From Girardia tigrina (taxonomy: Eukaryota): 63,281 bases of DNA. A program made the position numbers and the translations under genes. Of this stretch, positions 12,700 to 25,604 are shown one piece after another (the stretch's first letter is position 1; every line of letters begins with the position of its first letter). Below the pieces are notes generated by a model, which made no database searches, was not told where the DNA came from, and was given only the letters and a program-made list of their open reading frames with translations. Location: assembly GCA_001938485.1 (NCBI GenBank), contig MQRK01168095.1:1-63281 (forward strand), given 5' to 3'.

Positions 12700-12784
12700 C
12701 AGCAATCTAAGAAGGAGAGACACAATCCAAATAAATATACTACATTCAAATACAAACCTTCAAACATTTCAAAAATTCCTCACA
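12700..12784 (-). mobile_element. LTR 5' end fragment (TGTGAGG family)
   Basis: Reverse complement of the TGTGAGGAAT...TGTGTCTCTCC motif. Further partial copies at ~13130-13190 (-), ~14325-14413 (-), ~18733-18830 (+) and ~32389-32500 (+). Confidence 0.6.
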
Positions 12785-13196
12785 ACTATAATATGATTTT
12801 ACTGTAAATGAAAATATACTAATGTAACATAATACTACAGTATTATTATTAAGAACACTAATATGATTTTCAATACATTTATTCATATCACAACTCAAAT
12901 CGCCTCCAGGACAATTCTCCACAAAACTTTCGTAGCTAGTCATTTTTCTTGATTAATTTTTTTATTCTATTTTTAAACCTCTAATTATTCACACAAATTT
13001 AAATTGAAATTTAATTTGTAATTTAAATAACAAAATTATTTTAAATTATTATGACTAAGATATATTAATTTAATTTTAAAACTATTATTTACATTTCTGA
13101 ATTATCCGACGGTTTAAAACATTAATAATATCAATCTTCCACCTGGGTGGGAGAAACACAGTCCTAACACAACATACCAAACACAATATAAAATAA

Positions 13197-14463
13197 GGGA
13201 GCCGAATAATTAACCTAAAACAAATTCAACCTAATCAAATTCACCTAAAAACTAATTCACCTAAAACAATTTCACCTAAAAATAAATTCCTCCAAAACAG
13301 ATTCACCTAAAATCAATGCACTTATAATTTAATTACCTAAAATTTAAATAGAAGAAACTATGACAAAAATTCTACTTTATGTTTTATTTTGATACATATT
13401 ATACATAATATGATCATTAAAAAAGAAAAACAAATATCAGAACCAAACAAATTATAATTAACTTCATTTTCTTTTCTAATTCTTGCATTTTACTAATTCA
13501 ATTCTTAATATTATGGGCCACTCCACGTAGAAAATCCATAACTTGACCATTACTCATTTCATTTTCCCAAGTTCGTACCACATATTTTAGTTTCTCTGTG
13601 TGATAAACATATTTCTTTTTTCTTACAGGTTGATAACAACAAAATAATTTTTCAATTTTTAACTCATTTAAAGATTGCTTATGTTTTATTGCTGTGATAA
13701 GCTTCCAAATATTTGGATGATTTTTAGAGATTTGGTAAAGAAAACCCCGGTGCCAAGCCTCAACAGAGTTATTTATCTTAGATAATCCTTCTAAGACACT
13801 CCCGTGACAGTTCCTCATACTGATCTCGAAATTAGGAGATAATCGTCCTTGTCTTTGAATAGGTCTTCCAATTCATACACTTTCAAAGTAATCCAAAACT
13901 GTTTGTGAGTCAGGGGGTAATAGATTGCAAACATTCAATATATCAATTGCTTGCATCACTTTATGTGGAGGAACAAAGGCAAGAGCAGAACAATAATGCA
14001 GCTTTAATGTAAAATCTGCAACTTGCTCATATTGTTTTTTGAACCGACTTGCTTGAATCTTCCTCCATATGCTTTGACACTAATGGAAGAAACAGCCTCG
14101 AATATTATAACAACGAATATTATTTCCATATAATAATATGTTAATAGTTTTTAGGTGAATTCGATTAGATGAATTTGTTTTAAGTTAAAGCATTAAAATT
14201 CAATTTAAAAATATTATTTTAATGTAAAAATAGTTTTTAAAAATATTAAAAATTAAATATTTTAAAGTTTAAAATATTTCAAAATTTTACATTAATAATT
14301 TCAGGTAAAACGAATTTCAAAATATTAATCAACCATCTGGATATGAGACACAGATCTAAAACGCATACATTATTCAAACACAAAACAGACAACATTAAAA
14401 AATATTCCTCACAATAACAATTCGATTAGATGAATTTGTTTTAGGTGAATTGACCTATTACCG
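13197..14463 (-). mobile_element. Deleted MULE (Mutator-like) element
   Basis: Inverted terminal arrays of AATTCACCTAA. Transposase remnants RGCFFH*CQSIWRKIQ, ALAFVP and NNSVEAWHRGF...HPNIWKLI (ORF 13498-13818). Confidence 0.8.
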
Positions 14464-14473
14464 TACAATAAAC

Positions 14474-15160
14474 TACGAAGCGACGATGTATCGAAAAGTC
14501 TTCATCGTTAAACGAATCATCAAAAGACTGCATTCACTTGCTGTCCACTGAATCATTGTAGTGACAACTTCCTTCTGTTGATCGTCATTCTTAGACCATG
14601 GACTTTTGATGAATACTCGCTTTGTTTTTTTACAGAACATTTTGTCTTTTCTAGACCTCTTTCTGGATGAGGTCGTGATAGTGGCTGCTCTTTATGCTCC
14701 ATCACCAGAAGAGGTTCCAACTTTAAAGTCATTATCAGAGTCAGAGTTTGTATCTACAGTTCCAACTGTTGATCTTGCTTTCTCTCTGGCCTCCCTTGCT
14801 TCTAGTGTTTCAAAGAAGGTCTTGTGCTTTGTCCTCAGATGACATCTTATCCCTTTAAATATCTTGGCTTTAAATATAAAAAATTAATAAAAATATTTAT
14901 AATAATTAGGACTTTAGGACCAAATGAAAATATAACTTTCCTTAAAAAAGGAATAAATGAAAACTACTTAAAATAGAATTTTACTCGAAAGTTCCTCGAA
15001 AATATTTGTTTAAAAAACTAAAATTGTAGTAATTATATTGTTGAATCATTGTATATGTGAATAAAGGTGTGATTTCATTATATGTTAGATAACAAAGGTA
15101 TGCAGTCTTTCGATGCATCGACCATATTTAACGATATACGATACGATGTGTCACTCCCTA
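14474..15160 (-). mobile_element. Non-autonomous hAT element with BED-finger remnant
   Basis: Exact 8-bp TSD CAATAAAC, terminus TAGGGAGTGAC, ATCG subterminal repeats, minus-strand remnant IRCHLRTKH. Confidence 0.75.
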
Positions 15161-17099
15161 CAATAAACACCATTCGAAAATATTCCTCTGAATTATTAAT
15201 GAAAATAAAATATTAATTAAAAATTTTATTTTGACGGTAAGAATAAAATTATTCATTTTTTTGTTAAAAAGAGTAATAAAATAAATTCCATTAAAATAAC
15301 TTCATTAAATAATCTTTTCCTAAAAGAAATTTGGCATTTAGCGACAGATGTTGCAGTTTCAAACCGTAATATTTTATTGTTTTCCTTATAAAAACCTATT
15401 TTATGTCAGTCATGTACAAATTGTTGAAAAATTCATTTAATATTTGATCTTTTGATAAATTTTATCATATAGTTTACTTTTCCATAATGTCTAAATTTAA
15501 AGAAAATTTATTTTCATTTGTACTTGATAACACAAAATTTGCATTTAATAATAGTTATTATTATTTGGAATAGAAATTTTATGTTTAAGTCGTATAACAA
15601 TAATAATAAGCAAAATATATAATTATAATAATATTACAAATGTTACGGTTTCAAGCTTTCAGCATAAAAAATATTTATTTTAGTTTAAAAATCAGGAAAA
15701 CATTTAACAAAATTTTTAAAGAAAATTTCGTAAAAGTTTTTGTTATATCAAAATTATTATTCCTTCGAAAAAACTGAAATAAATTCAAGAATTTTCTACT
15801 TCTTGTTTCTTTGCATCCGTTAGTAATTCAGAAATGTTACGCAAAAGTTTTGAAAGAATATTGAAATTAAATGTACAAATCAAAGCGCAGAAATTTTTTT
15901 AAATATATAATTATTTAATAATGATAATCTTTCTTTTCTTTCTTCTTGTAGATCTTAGCTGTTTGGACCTCTCTTGACATCTCTCTATTTGTAGCCTCTC
16001 TTTTCAGACTATAGAAAATATTGTATCACTTGTGTCGTATCAATACAATATTTTCTTTTTCGTATTTTGTCAACTCCTATACTTTGGAGATGACTTGGTT
16101 TAGCAATAAGAAAACAAATAATAGGGCAAACAAAATGCAAAATATGTTGATAACAATATAAGTATATCTAACAATAAGAGAAATAAGAACAATTTACTTG
16201 AGATCAACGAAATAATAGTTTATTCATCCACATAACAAATACAGCATAATAATCACGGTAATTAATTGTCATGTTTTAAATGTTTTATTAATTTCTTAAT
16301 CGATTCCTAGATTTGATGAATTAACATTTAATGAATAAGACATATTTTCAATATTATAATGTCTAAAGACAACTTTTACAAGATTAAGTTGCATATTCTT
16401 ATAAGTCAAATACATCTCTCCAGGAACTGATTTGAGGGAATAAGTTTTTAATGGACATGTAATTATGATCTCTGTATTTTCATATACATAAATCGGTTAT
16501 AGTAGATTCAGCATTGAAATTCTCAATGTGATTACAAATGATTAAATAAAAAATTAAAATCAGATCGGAATTCTGTAATTCGAGTGTCACCTCCGGTCAC
16601 TGCCACACAATGATAATGGCCTCAAATTTTTTCTTGACTTTATTCCTTTTCAACAGATTTATTTTCACTTAGATTTAACCACACAGATTAAAAATTTGGG
16701 TGTTAGGAGAATGAAAAGCTAAAACGACGGTTGACTGATCAGAAATCCTTGAGCGTCTTTTCAGTAGAACATTTGTTAGCCGATATAGTTTGCTTTAATT
16801 GACTCTATTACTGATTCTTTAAGATTCACACATGTCTTTAATTGACCAAGTAGGTCATCGGAAATATTACCAAAGGACCAATCTAATTTGTGAATGATTT
16901 CGTCCCCAAGGTGAATAAAAAAATAAAAATAAACACACATAGAATAGACAAGCATGTTTGAAGAACAACACAATCACACTCCTCACACACAGGACCAAAT
17001 ACAAAGCCACCGAAAATATACAGAACAAACAGAAGCAAATACAGACAAAAAAATCTAAATCGCCGACAATTCAGAAGGAAACTGGTGTGAGAAATTCGC

Positions 17100-17990
17100 A
17101 CTACACGGACCTTCCATGCTCAATCTATTCCATTCTTTTAAGTCCTCTGTCCACAGTCTTTTTGGTATTCCTCTGGATCTTTCTCCTTTCACTCTTCTTT
17201 CAATCATAACCTTTGCTAGTGCTTGTATTTTATCTGATGTCCGTAGATTATTAGCTTCCTTCACTTGATGGTCTCTTCTATTGAGTTCGGTCTTTTGCCT
17301 AGCATTTCTGTCACTCTCATCCAGACCAAGTCGTTTGTCTTCTTTTCTTTCCACGTGATCTTCAGCCTTCTCCTGTTGCACTTTCTTTCCAATGCTTTAA
17401 GTCTATCCATACTCTTCTGATTTATTGTTAAACTCTCGCATCCATGAAGAAGTGCTGCTCAGACAATAGTCTTAATGATTTTTATTCTGCTCTTGAGGTG
17501 AAAAACTGTACTAAGCTTAATCAATGCACTTGTTGCTATACAAATCCGATTTCTGATATCTTCTTCCTTTCCTCCATTCTCTGTGATAGTAGAGCCTAAG
17601 TATTTGAAACTCTTAACTTGTTCTAGTTTCTCCCCTTCAATGTCGATCTCCAGTTTAACCCCGCTGTTAAGGCTTCCAGAAACGATTATTTTGTTATTTT
17701 TCTCTAGAAATTTCCATTGTTAATTTCTTTGACACTTTTTGTAGTCTATACGGTAGTTCCTGAATCAGTTCTTCATGTTTACAAATTAGGTCCTGTCGTC
17801 AGCAAGTCATAGGTTGATTATTGTTCTTCCCCCGCAGCTTAATCCAACATCGTCCAGATCGGCTTATGCTCCCAAATCAATTGTCGCAAGGAAAAGTTTA
17901 AACAGTGTTGGTGACAGAACCTTGTCTTACTCCTTCTGATGATCTAAACCAGATTTGTCAACACTTTTGTCTTTGCATCTTCGTAAAGGC
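17100..17990 (-). mobile_element. RTE-clade LINE 3' fragment (RT C-terminus)
   Basis: Motifs GVRQGS, LADD, EKLEQVKSFKYLGSTI, EDIRNRI and GERSRGIPKRLWTEDLKEW, with frameshifts. Confidence 0.85.
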
Positions 17991-18089
17991 TTTCATTAAT
18001 TCTCGTAGTTTGTTTTCCCATGTTGTGTTTATTCATATTGCGGCAAAGTACATTATAGAAATTATAAAATTTGACGAAACGATTAAATA

Positions 18090-18171
18090 CTCCCTCCGTC
18101 CGGAAATATTGTATACATTTTAGTATACATTTTGGTATACAAATGTATACCATATTTCCGGACGGATGGAG
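18090..18171. mobile_element. 82-bp Stowaway-like MITE
   Basis: TA TSD, TIR CTCCCTCCGTCCGGAAATAT / ATATTTCCGGACGGATGGAG, internal GTATAC repeats. Confidence 0.85.
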
Positions 18172-19189
18172 TATTTGATAATAATAGTGTAATTTAAAAA
18201 TTTTAAAAATGTAAAACTGACATTCATAAAATGAAATTAAATCAAATATTAATATTAAAAGTATTTGTATTTATACTGGTTTAATATTTATGATAAAAAT
18301 TGTTTCAGAAAAAATATCATTTTACTTAAATACTGGTGTTTAAACATTTTTTGAAAGCATATAATATAATAAATTTTGGATCTTATGCAAAGTCAAACTG
18401 TAATAATTCTGAGGATGTTCCAACAACATCAAATGTTTTAGAAGGAATTTTCTAATTCAAATTTTATTCAATATTAATACTATTTTGAGCGAAGTGTCCA
18501 GTGGATTCTTTAAAATTCCATTTTTGAATATTGAGCCCCCTTTTCTTATTTGTTTCAGCATTATTACTCTATTATAAAACCAACAGAAGCAATTAAGAAT
18601 AGATTTCTTCATCTTCGTTCAAACGAGATTTTCTAAAGGCGAGTAAATGATCTGTGCAAATTGTACTAATTGAAATCGTAAATTTGAATTTAAAATAAAC
18701 TCGTTGAAACGATTCAAAATTGATTCATAAATCGTGAAGGTAAATTTTGAATGTTGTAAGTTTGTAGTTTGTATGCTGTTTAGATTTGTGACTCTCCTAC
18801 TCAGATGTGGTCGATGTTATTGATTAATTATTTAAATCTAATGAGATTAATTTAATGACATTAATGTTTTAAAAACTAATTAATTAAAAGTTTTATAATT
18901 TGAAATTTTGATAGTAATTTTCAGAAAATAATTTAACTTATTAAATTTAATATAATTTAAAAATCTAATGTTTATTTTTAAAATTTGCTTAATGTATTTT
19001 TACCTAATCAAATTTTTATATACTAAAAATTATTATTTTTTATATCTCATTCATTAATCAAAGATTTGAATAAATATACAAATATATCAATAAAAAACAT
19101 GCTTACCGCAGATAGTGTTACCAAAAACTGTTGTAGAGATGAATCTACTTGTGATGTTAATAAATGTTTTCTCGCAAATTCTTATGTTT

Positions 19190-19222
<33 letters not shown>

Positions 19223-19616
19223 GCTCGAAGATCTACTACTTACAAGTAAAAAATTCAAATATCAAATAAAAATACATAATATTTCTAATTATTAGACCGT
19301 GTTTATCTATTAGAATCTAATAGATAAACACTATTTAACTTCGATTCCACTGTTGAAATAAGAATAAATAAATTTTTTAAAAGATAAGATTTTAACGAGA
19401 TGTTGATTTAAAAAAGTTTAGTAATAATGAAATATTATTATTAATAAATTTAAAAGAAGAAAAAAAATAATTTTATCAAAATTTATATAGCATTATGAGA
19501 CAATCATATGAAATGAATAATCCTAGCTATTAATCTTTCCATATTGATATTTTCTTTTTTTAATTGATAAAATAAAAAGAATAAACCAGAAATCATTAAA
19601 TAATTATTTAATAATA

Positions 19617-19730
19617 ATAATTTTTTGTTACATTTTATATTTTTGAATAACGTAAACTCTGAAAAATAAATTATAATTTATTTTTCAGAGTTTACGTTAT
19701 TCAAAAATATAAAATGTAACAAAAAATTAT
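19617..19730. repeat. 114-bp perfect palindrome without spacer
   Basis: Arms match base for base around the centre 19673/19674. Confidence 0.95.
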
Positions 19731-19834
19731 AAAGTAATTATTTTCATTATTTATAAAAGAATTAAATTTATTTTTTTTTCAAATTTTACAGAAAGCTCTA
19801 GAAGAATAAAGAGGAAATTCTTAAATATTTTATT

Positions 19835-20393
19835 TTTCCAATATCAATATTGGCTACTGCTCAGAGACAAACAATGTGCTCCAAGGCTCAGGGACAAACC
19901 TACGATTCTGGCGTAGGTATTGATCTACCTCTTCATGTCTTCGGTAACGGCACTCTCAACGTTGTCTTATCCAACTCACGACGTAGTGACCGAATCAAAG
20001 TCAAAGTTGCTGAGAGCAATCAACAGGGACAGTTGCTCAAAAATGACACTCGATATTTCACGCAAAATGTCATTTTCAGGGAAATCTTCCGCATGTAAAC
20101 AATGTAAACAACTCAACAACGGGGATAAAATCCCAAACGGACAGCAGTCATATTCCTCCACGTGGTCGGTTTGGACAACTGTTTTTGAAGAGTAACGATA
20201 TGATAACAACAACTCACGATCTCAAGAGCGGCACATTAATTAAAGCACAAATTTGATGAAAATTTAAATAAATTCAAAAAGTAATTGAGGGACTTTTTAT
20301 TGCAAACTTTCAGCTGAAGTGTAAAAAACTTTTAAAAATTAGTAAATTTTAAGTTTTTTTCCAAGGGCGGCTTGCTGCCTATAAGCTTGCTAG
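19835..20393 (+). mobile_element. Helitron 3' end (Pif1 helicase C-terminus, hairpin and CTAG)
   Basis: SKAQGQTYDSGVGIDLPLHVFGNGTLNVVLS...TQNVIFREI* matches the Helitron helicase end. GGCGGC/GCTGCC hairpin at 20366-20379, then CTAG|T at 20390-20394. Confidence 0.85.
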
Positions 20394-21659
20394 TATAATA
20401 TATATATATANNNNNNNNNNNNNNNNNNNNNNNNNNNNNNNNNNNNNNNNNNNNNNNNNNNNNNNNNNNNNNNNNNNNNATATATATATATATATATATA
20501 TTGTTAGAAAAATCTTCTGACATAAATTGATTATCTGAGTAAAAGCTATACACAATTGATATATTAAAATTTGAAAAACTAATATTGATAATAATATTTT
20601 AGATAAAATAATTATGATTAATTATTATTTTGAATTAATTATATTTAATGGAAATTTAAAATTTTATTTTACGTAAATGTTTTGTATTTCCCGTGAATGT
20701 TCTTCGAAACAGAAAAAGAAACAAACAAAAATTAATTTTGTTCGCATTTAGAAGAAATAATTTTAATTTTGAATAAATTATTTCTATTTTAATTTTTTTC
20801 ATTAGTTTTAAAATTGAAATCTTTTTAATTATTTGATAGAAATAAATTCATTAAATCATTTAAATAAATATTAATTTATTCATCAAAAACGCTAAAATAA
20901 ATATTAAAAATAAAATTTTATAGTATTAGAGATATTTATTTCATTTAATTTGTATAAATCAAATAATCTTACGGATATTATTTAAATCGTCCTCCTCTTG
21001 GGAATCGGTTTCTGGATCATTGATAAATAGATCCTGGAAAGACCAAATATAAATCATTTTAATATTAATTCGATTAATTAATTAAAAGTCCAATTAGAAT
21101 GCATTAAATAGTTTATTGGAAGAATAAAAAAAGGTCGAATTGAAAAAGTTTAGCTTCAATTTTTTATTGACATTCACTGATTTAATTCACAAATGTTGGT
21201 AATCTTAAGCAATATAGGGTGCTCCAAAAGTAATTTAACTATACCATTTAAGGTTCGAATTGAGCTTAAAAAGAGTCAACTCGAAAATAATCTCAATAAC
21301 TTTGGAAACAATCATAATCCTTTCCGAAACAGTCAGGATCATTTTCGAAAATTCACATTCATTTTTCAGAATTTCTAGTATTTATGAAAGTATTTTATTA
21401 TTATTGAAAGTTTCTTAAATTTACATCTAAATTTTATTTTTTATATAAAACCTTAATCATTTTTAAATTGTTTTCATTTGCATTTGTGAATAAAGTAACT
21501 TTATTTATAATTATATTAAATTTTCAAAATTAAAAATGTGCATTGGACAAGACGTTCATCTTTCTTCATGAAAACGGAACAAAATCAATAGAATAGAAAT
21601 AATTCGATTATATACCTTATAATTAAATGTCAAGGTGATAATTACTGTTAATAAATCAT

Positions 21660-22330
21660 AATAGCCTCCTCCGACTGTAACGGATAACAGTGTATTACAA
21701 ATAATACTCAACATTGGCACACAGGGTAGTGAATCATAGACTCTGTATCGGGTAGAAACCATTTGACAAATACAAAGCTTTCTGATACTCTCCCTCGGCT
21801 TCGGATACAAGAGTGTGAACTTTGAATGCACGGGAGCGCTTTGACTTCCCTCTGAGAAATGATCAGTCATGTTCCTTCGTTTCGTGAGTCTAGCAACTTT
21901 TGGCTGTATAAACGCACTTAGTTCAACGGGGAAATAGGTTATGAAACATTCCATTATCCGTTATATTATCCAGCCGAAAATTCAGCACCTCTCTAGGGAT
22001 TACTCTTGCGCAGGCCACATCAATTACACCGACAGACCCTGGCATATCATGTTCCGCGTTCAAGTTCAAAGTTCCAGTTCATCTTTCTTTTTCTTCATTT
22101 TGTACTACTTGGATGTTCCTAGTACCATGGATTCGATGATCAATAATAAATGTCATTGTAGCCATCCATTAGTTTGATAACCTTTGGAACAGTTCTCCAT
22201 GGGACACATGAATGAACCACCACCTCTCTGTGACGTGGCCAGATGCACATTCTTAATATGTCTTGTGAGTTCGTTCTGCTCAGCAAATTATTTAAAGCAA
22301 GAAAGGAATGTGCAAGCTATTAGTTTGATG
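21660..22330 (-). pseudogene. Decayed C2H2 zinc-finger coding sequence, copy 2
   Basis: Reads CTFLSCFK*FAEQNELTRHIKNVH, FMCPMENCSKGYQTNGWLQ*HL, RVIPREVLNFRLDNITD and KCVYTAKSC*THETKEH, with in-frame stops. Confidence 0.6.
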
Positions 22331-23234
22331 CGCGGCTGAAGCATTTTCAGATATTGTTTCTCGTGCTCGACTACCTCTCATTCGATCATATGTGATTCCT
22401 TTAATCGGGTGTTTAAATTCCTCATCATTGTAAAAAACACTCTTTCGTTTAGACTTTCCCTGCATTCTGCCAAATCTGCCGGATTGTTGAATATCCAGAG
22501 CACAACGCGAGCAATGCATTTTCTCATCAATTCCTTTTTACGACCGCTGATTCTCTGAAAAAGATAACGTCCGAACAGGGACGTTATAAAACATATTAAA
22601 ATCATGCATAAACACACAAGGTGATTCATCCAATCAAATTAAAATATCTAAAAGTATTTCATAAAGTACTGAAGATAACCTGCATGTGTTTGGTATTTGA
22701 TAATCTTAACTTGTTCCCCTTCATTTTCCTTTTTGGTCTCCCGCAAACGGATTGTATCAAATCTTTATCTAATTTATTGGGATCTCTTTATTGAATCACA
22801 CTTAAGATGCCGAAATGATGAAATAGGTTCATATAAAAATTGATAGGATCGTATATTAATAAATTAATTGGGAACCCTTTGATGAAAATTTTGTGAATTT
22901 TTTAGGGTTAATGAATCTGGAGGAAAAATTGATAATTTGAAGTTTGAGTAATTTAAAAGTTTAAATTTACAATATTCTCTAAGCTTAGATAATTTAAGTA
23001 GATAATAATAAAGACAAGTTTTGATCTATACCGGTCATCTCATGATATTAGTTTATCTTTTTATTTTATTTTTTTAATTTTATACAAATAAAAAGATAAA
23101 GAAATGATAAAGAAGAAACGTGAACAAAGCGGTTGTATGAAAAAGTAAAACTTATTTTTTTTGTATTTTTTTATATTATATTTTATATTTTTTGTTCATT
23201 TTCTTTACTTTTCTCTATTTAAACAAACAATACT

Positions 23235-23617
23235 ATTGTAATTAAAATTAATTACCATACGAAACATTTGCATTGCTTTTGTTATTATATTTTTCTTTTA
23301 AACTTAAACAGTCTTTGACATTTGTTTTTATTTCAGCATTAGATTACTTAAGAAAATTGTTTTATCATCGTCTGATAATATTTTTTCTAAAGAAAAAAAT
23401 TATTTATTTATTTTTAAAAGTAAAAAGAAGAAATTATTAATATATATTTATTCTTCACAAAATATTTATCAAAAATAAATCTGATAATTATACGTACACT
23501 CCGTGTCTTGATATTTTTCCATGAAGGTCCACAGCATTTCTCATCTTTCATGATTGAGGCTGAACCCAACGAAGTATAGAATGTAGCCAGCAACAGCAAT
23601 GTTAAATAAATACGCAT
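23235..23617 (-). CDS. Possible small secreted protein (first exons), perhaps pseudogenised
   Basis: MRIYLTLLLLATFYTSLGSASIMKDEKCCGPSWK looks like a signal peptide. Followed by a GT donor and a ttctttag acceptor near 23387. The second exon appears frameshifted or stops early. Confidence 0.35.
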
Positions 23618-24199
23618 TTTTCCTATAATATAAATTATTAATATCAAACTTTAAAAAATTCTACTAATTGTTGCAAAGATGAGCTTTGTATAAACTATAT
23701 TTATGATTATTAAAAATGATGAAAAAATAATATTTAAATAAAATAATAAATAATTTCAATTAAATCCTATATAAAATAAACCTGTTTGCGGATGGGCTGA
23801 TGTTCATGTGTACAATTACGTAAATGACTAACCAGAACATTTTATCATAACGTACCTTCCATAAATCAAATGCTTTTACATTTTTTTTTAAATATGGGAG
23901 AACGCATTAGGTATTTTTGTTAAGTTTTGCATATTCGTAATCAACTTTTCAAGACGAACATGTTGATGTCGAATATGTTTGGTATTGAAATGTCACATCA
24001 TACTGCGATTATATAATAAAGGTCAAATTATTTGGTCGTCAAGTAGGAAATTTGTAGAACTAAAGTCAAAGTTTATTGATAATTTACCAATATAAATATT
24101 GTTCATTAGTTCAAAAATTCACAAATATTATCTACAAACTTTTACTATTTGAACGCGAGCTTTTGGATATCATTTGAATAAAAATATGCTCAGCCAGAA

Positions 24200-24480
24200 T
24201 CCGTAAACTCCTGAAAGGTCATTTTTAGGATATCTTCAGAATTGAATTTTTCCCTATCAAAGAGTTGTTTAAATTGAGGAAGAAATAGTAGTCAGTTCGG
24301 ACTAGGTGTGGTGAGTAGGGAGTATAATGTAGAAGCTTCAACTCAAGTTCCTCTAGTTTTCTCACATTTTTAAGTGCAGTATGTGGTTTTTCTTGGAGCA
24401 AGATGGGAGTCGACCTGTGTTTACCAAACGCGGCTGTTCTTCTTTAAGTTTCTGCATAATAACCTCCTATTGGTTAAAGT
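24200..24480 (-). mobile_element. Mariner transposase C-terminal fragment
   Basis: KLEELELKLLHYTPYSPHLVRTDYYFFLNL (YSPDLAPxDY-like). Confidence 0.75.
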
Positions 24481-25276
24481 AAATATCTGCTGGGGTACTT
24501 ATTGTTTCTTGTCCGATCGTTTCTCCTCTGACTTTCTTCCTCTAATCGTTTTTCCTACGATGTTTCTCACATTTTTGTTATGGAATAAATTCCATTATAT
24601 GATTAGTTTTCAATTAATGATTTAAAAGTTTACAGTTTCAATTTTTATTTAAAATAATTTAAGTTAAGTTTTTTCTTCATTTAATTATGAGGCATTAAAA
24701 TTAGATAATATATATGCTGAAGGAGAAACGACCAAATCAGAAACAAACGGAGGAGAAACGTATATCTTTCAACTTTATCAGATATACAGAAATCAGGACC
24801 TAATTCAGCCAAAATATTTATTGATTAAAATTTAAAAATCATATTACATTAGGAACATTTAACTCTTAAAGCATACTTTTTTGTAATTCACTAGTATACG
24901 CTCGAGTTAACTCAACTATTTATTATAGATACATTGTTAATATTTTTTGTTTATTTGCTAAGAAAAAAATTCAACTTGTTTAAGAAATTAAAAACGAAAA
25001 AAATTACGGCCAGGAAGTTTATCCGGAAAACTTATTTGCTTACGAACTAAGTTTTCTAGCACGTTTTCTTTCAGGGCATATAATGGAAAAATGTTTATGA
25101 CAGTACTTATGCAAAAATTGCACAGTTTGACATCTTTTTATTCTTATAATACATGAATTTTTTTGTAAGAAATTGCATTTTCAAAACTTGAATTTATATT
25201 AAAATAGATAAAAAATGCCTATCTCAGAGCAGCATACAAGAAAGAAACGAGAAATATATAATAACTTAACTAGGAT

Positions 25277-25604
25277 CAGTGGTGAGCAATGAAATTTTTA
25301 ACAAGGGGCTCACTCTTTTTTTTCTCGCGAATCATGTGAATTAGTACTCTAACAATGTGTCATTGCGACTGACATATAAAAAAACAAAATTATGGTTTAA
25401 TAATGGTTTATTTCAAACAAAACAAAATAATGAATAATAAAATAAAGAAAAAATCTGACATGTGTAAAAAAAACTTAAATCTTTTAAGGTAGTAAATTTT
25501 CATTTTGAAAAAAATACAAGTATTTACCAAAAAGAACAAGGGGCTCGCAAATCATAGAACCATTTAACAAAGTGCTAACGCGATCCCCTTATATCTCACC
25601 ACTG
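25277..25604. mobile_element. hAT MITE (328 bp)
   Basis: TIR CAGTGGTGAG/CTCACCACTG and exact 8-bp TSD ACTAGGAT. Confidence 0.85.
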
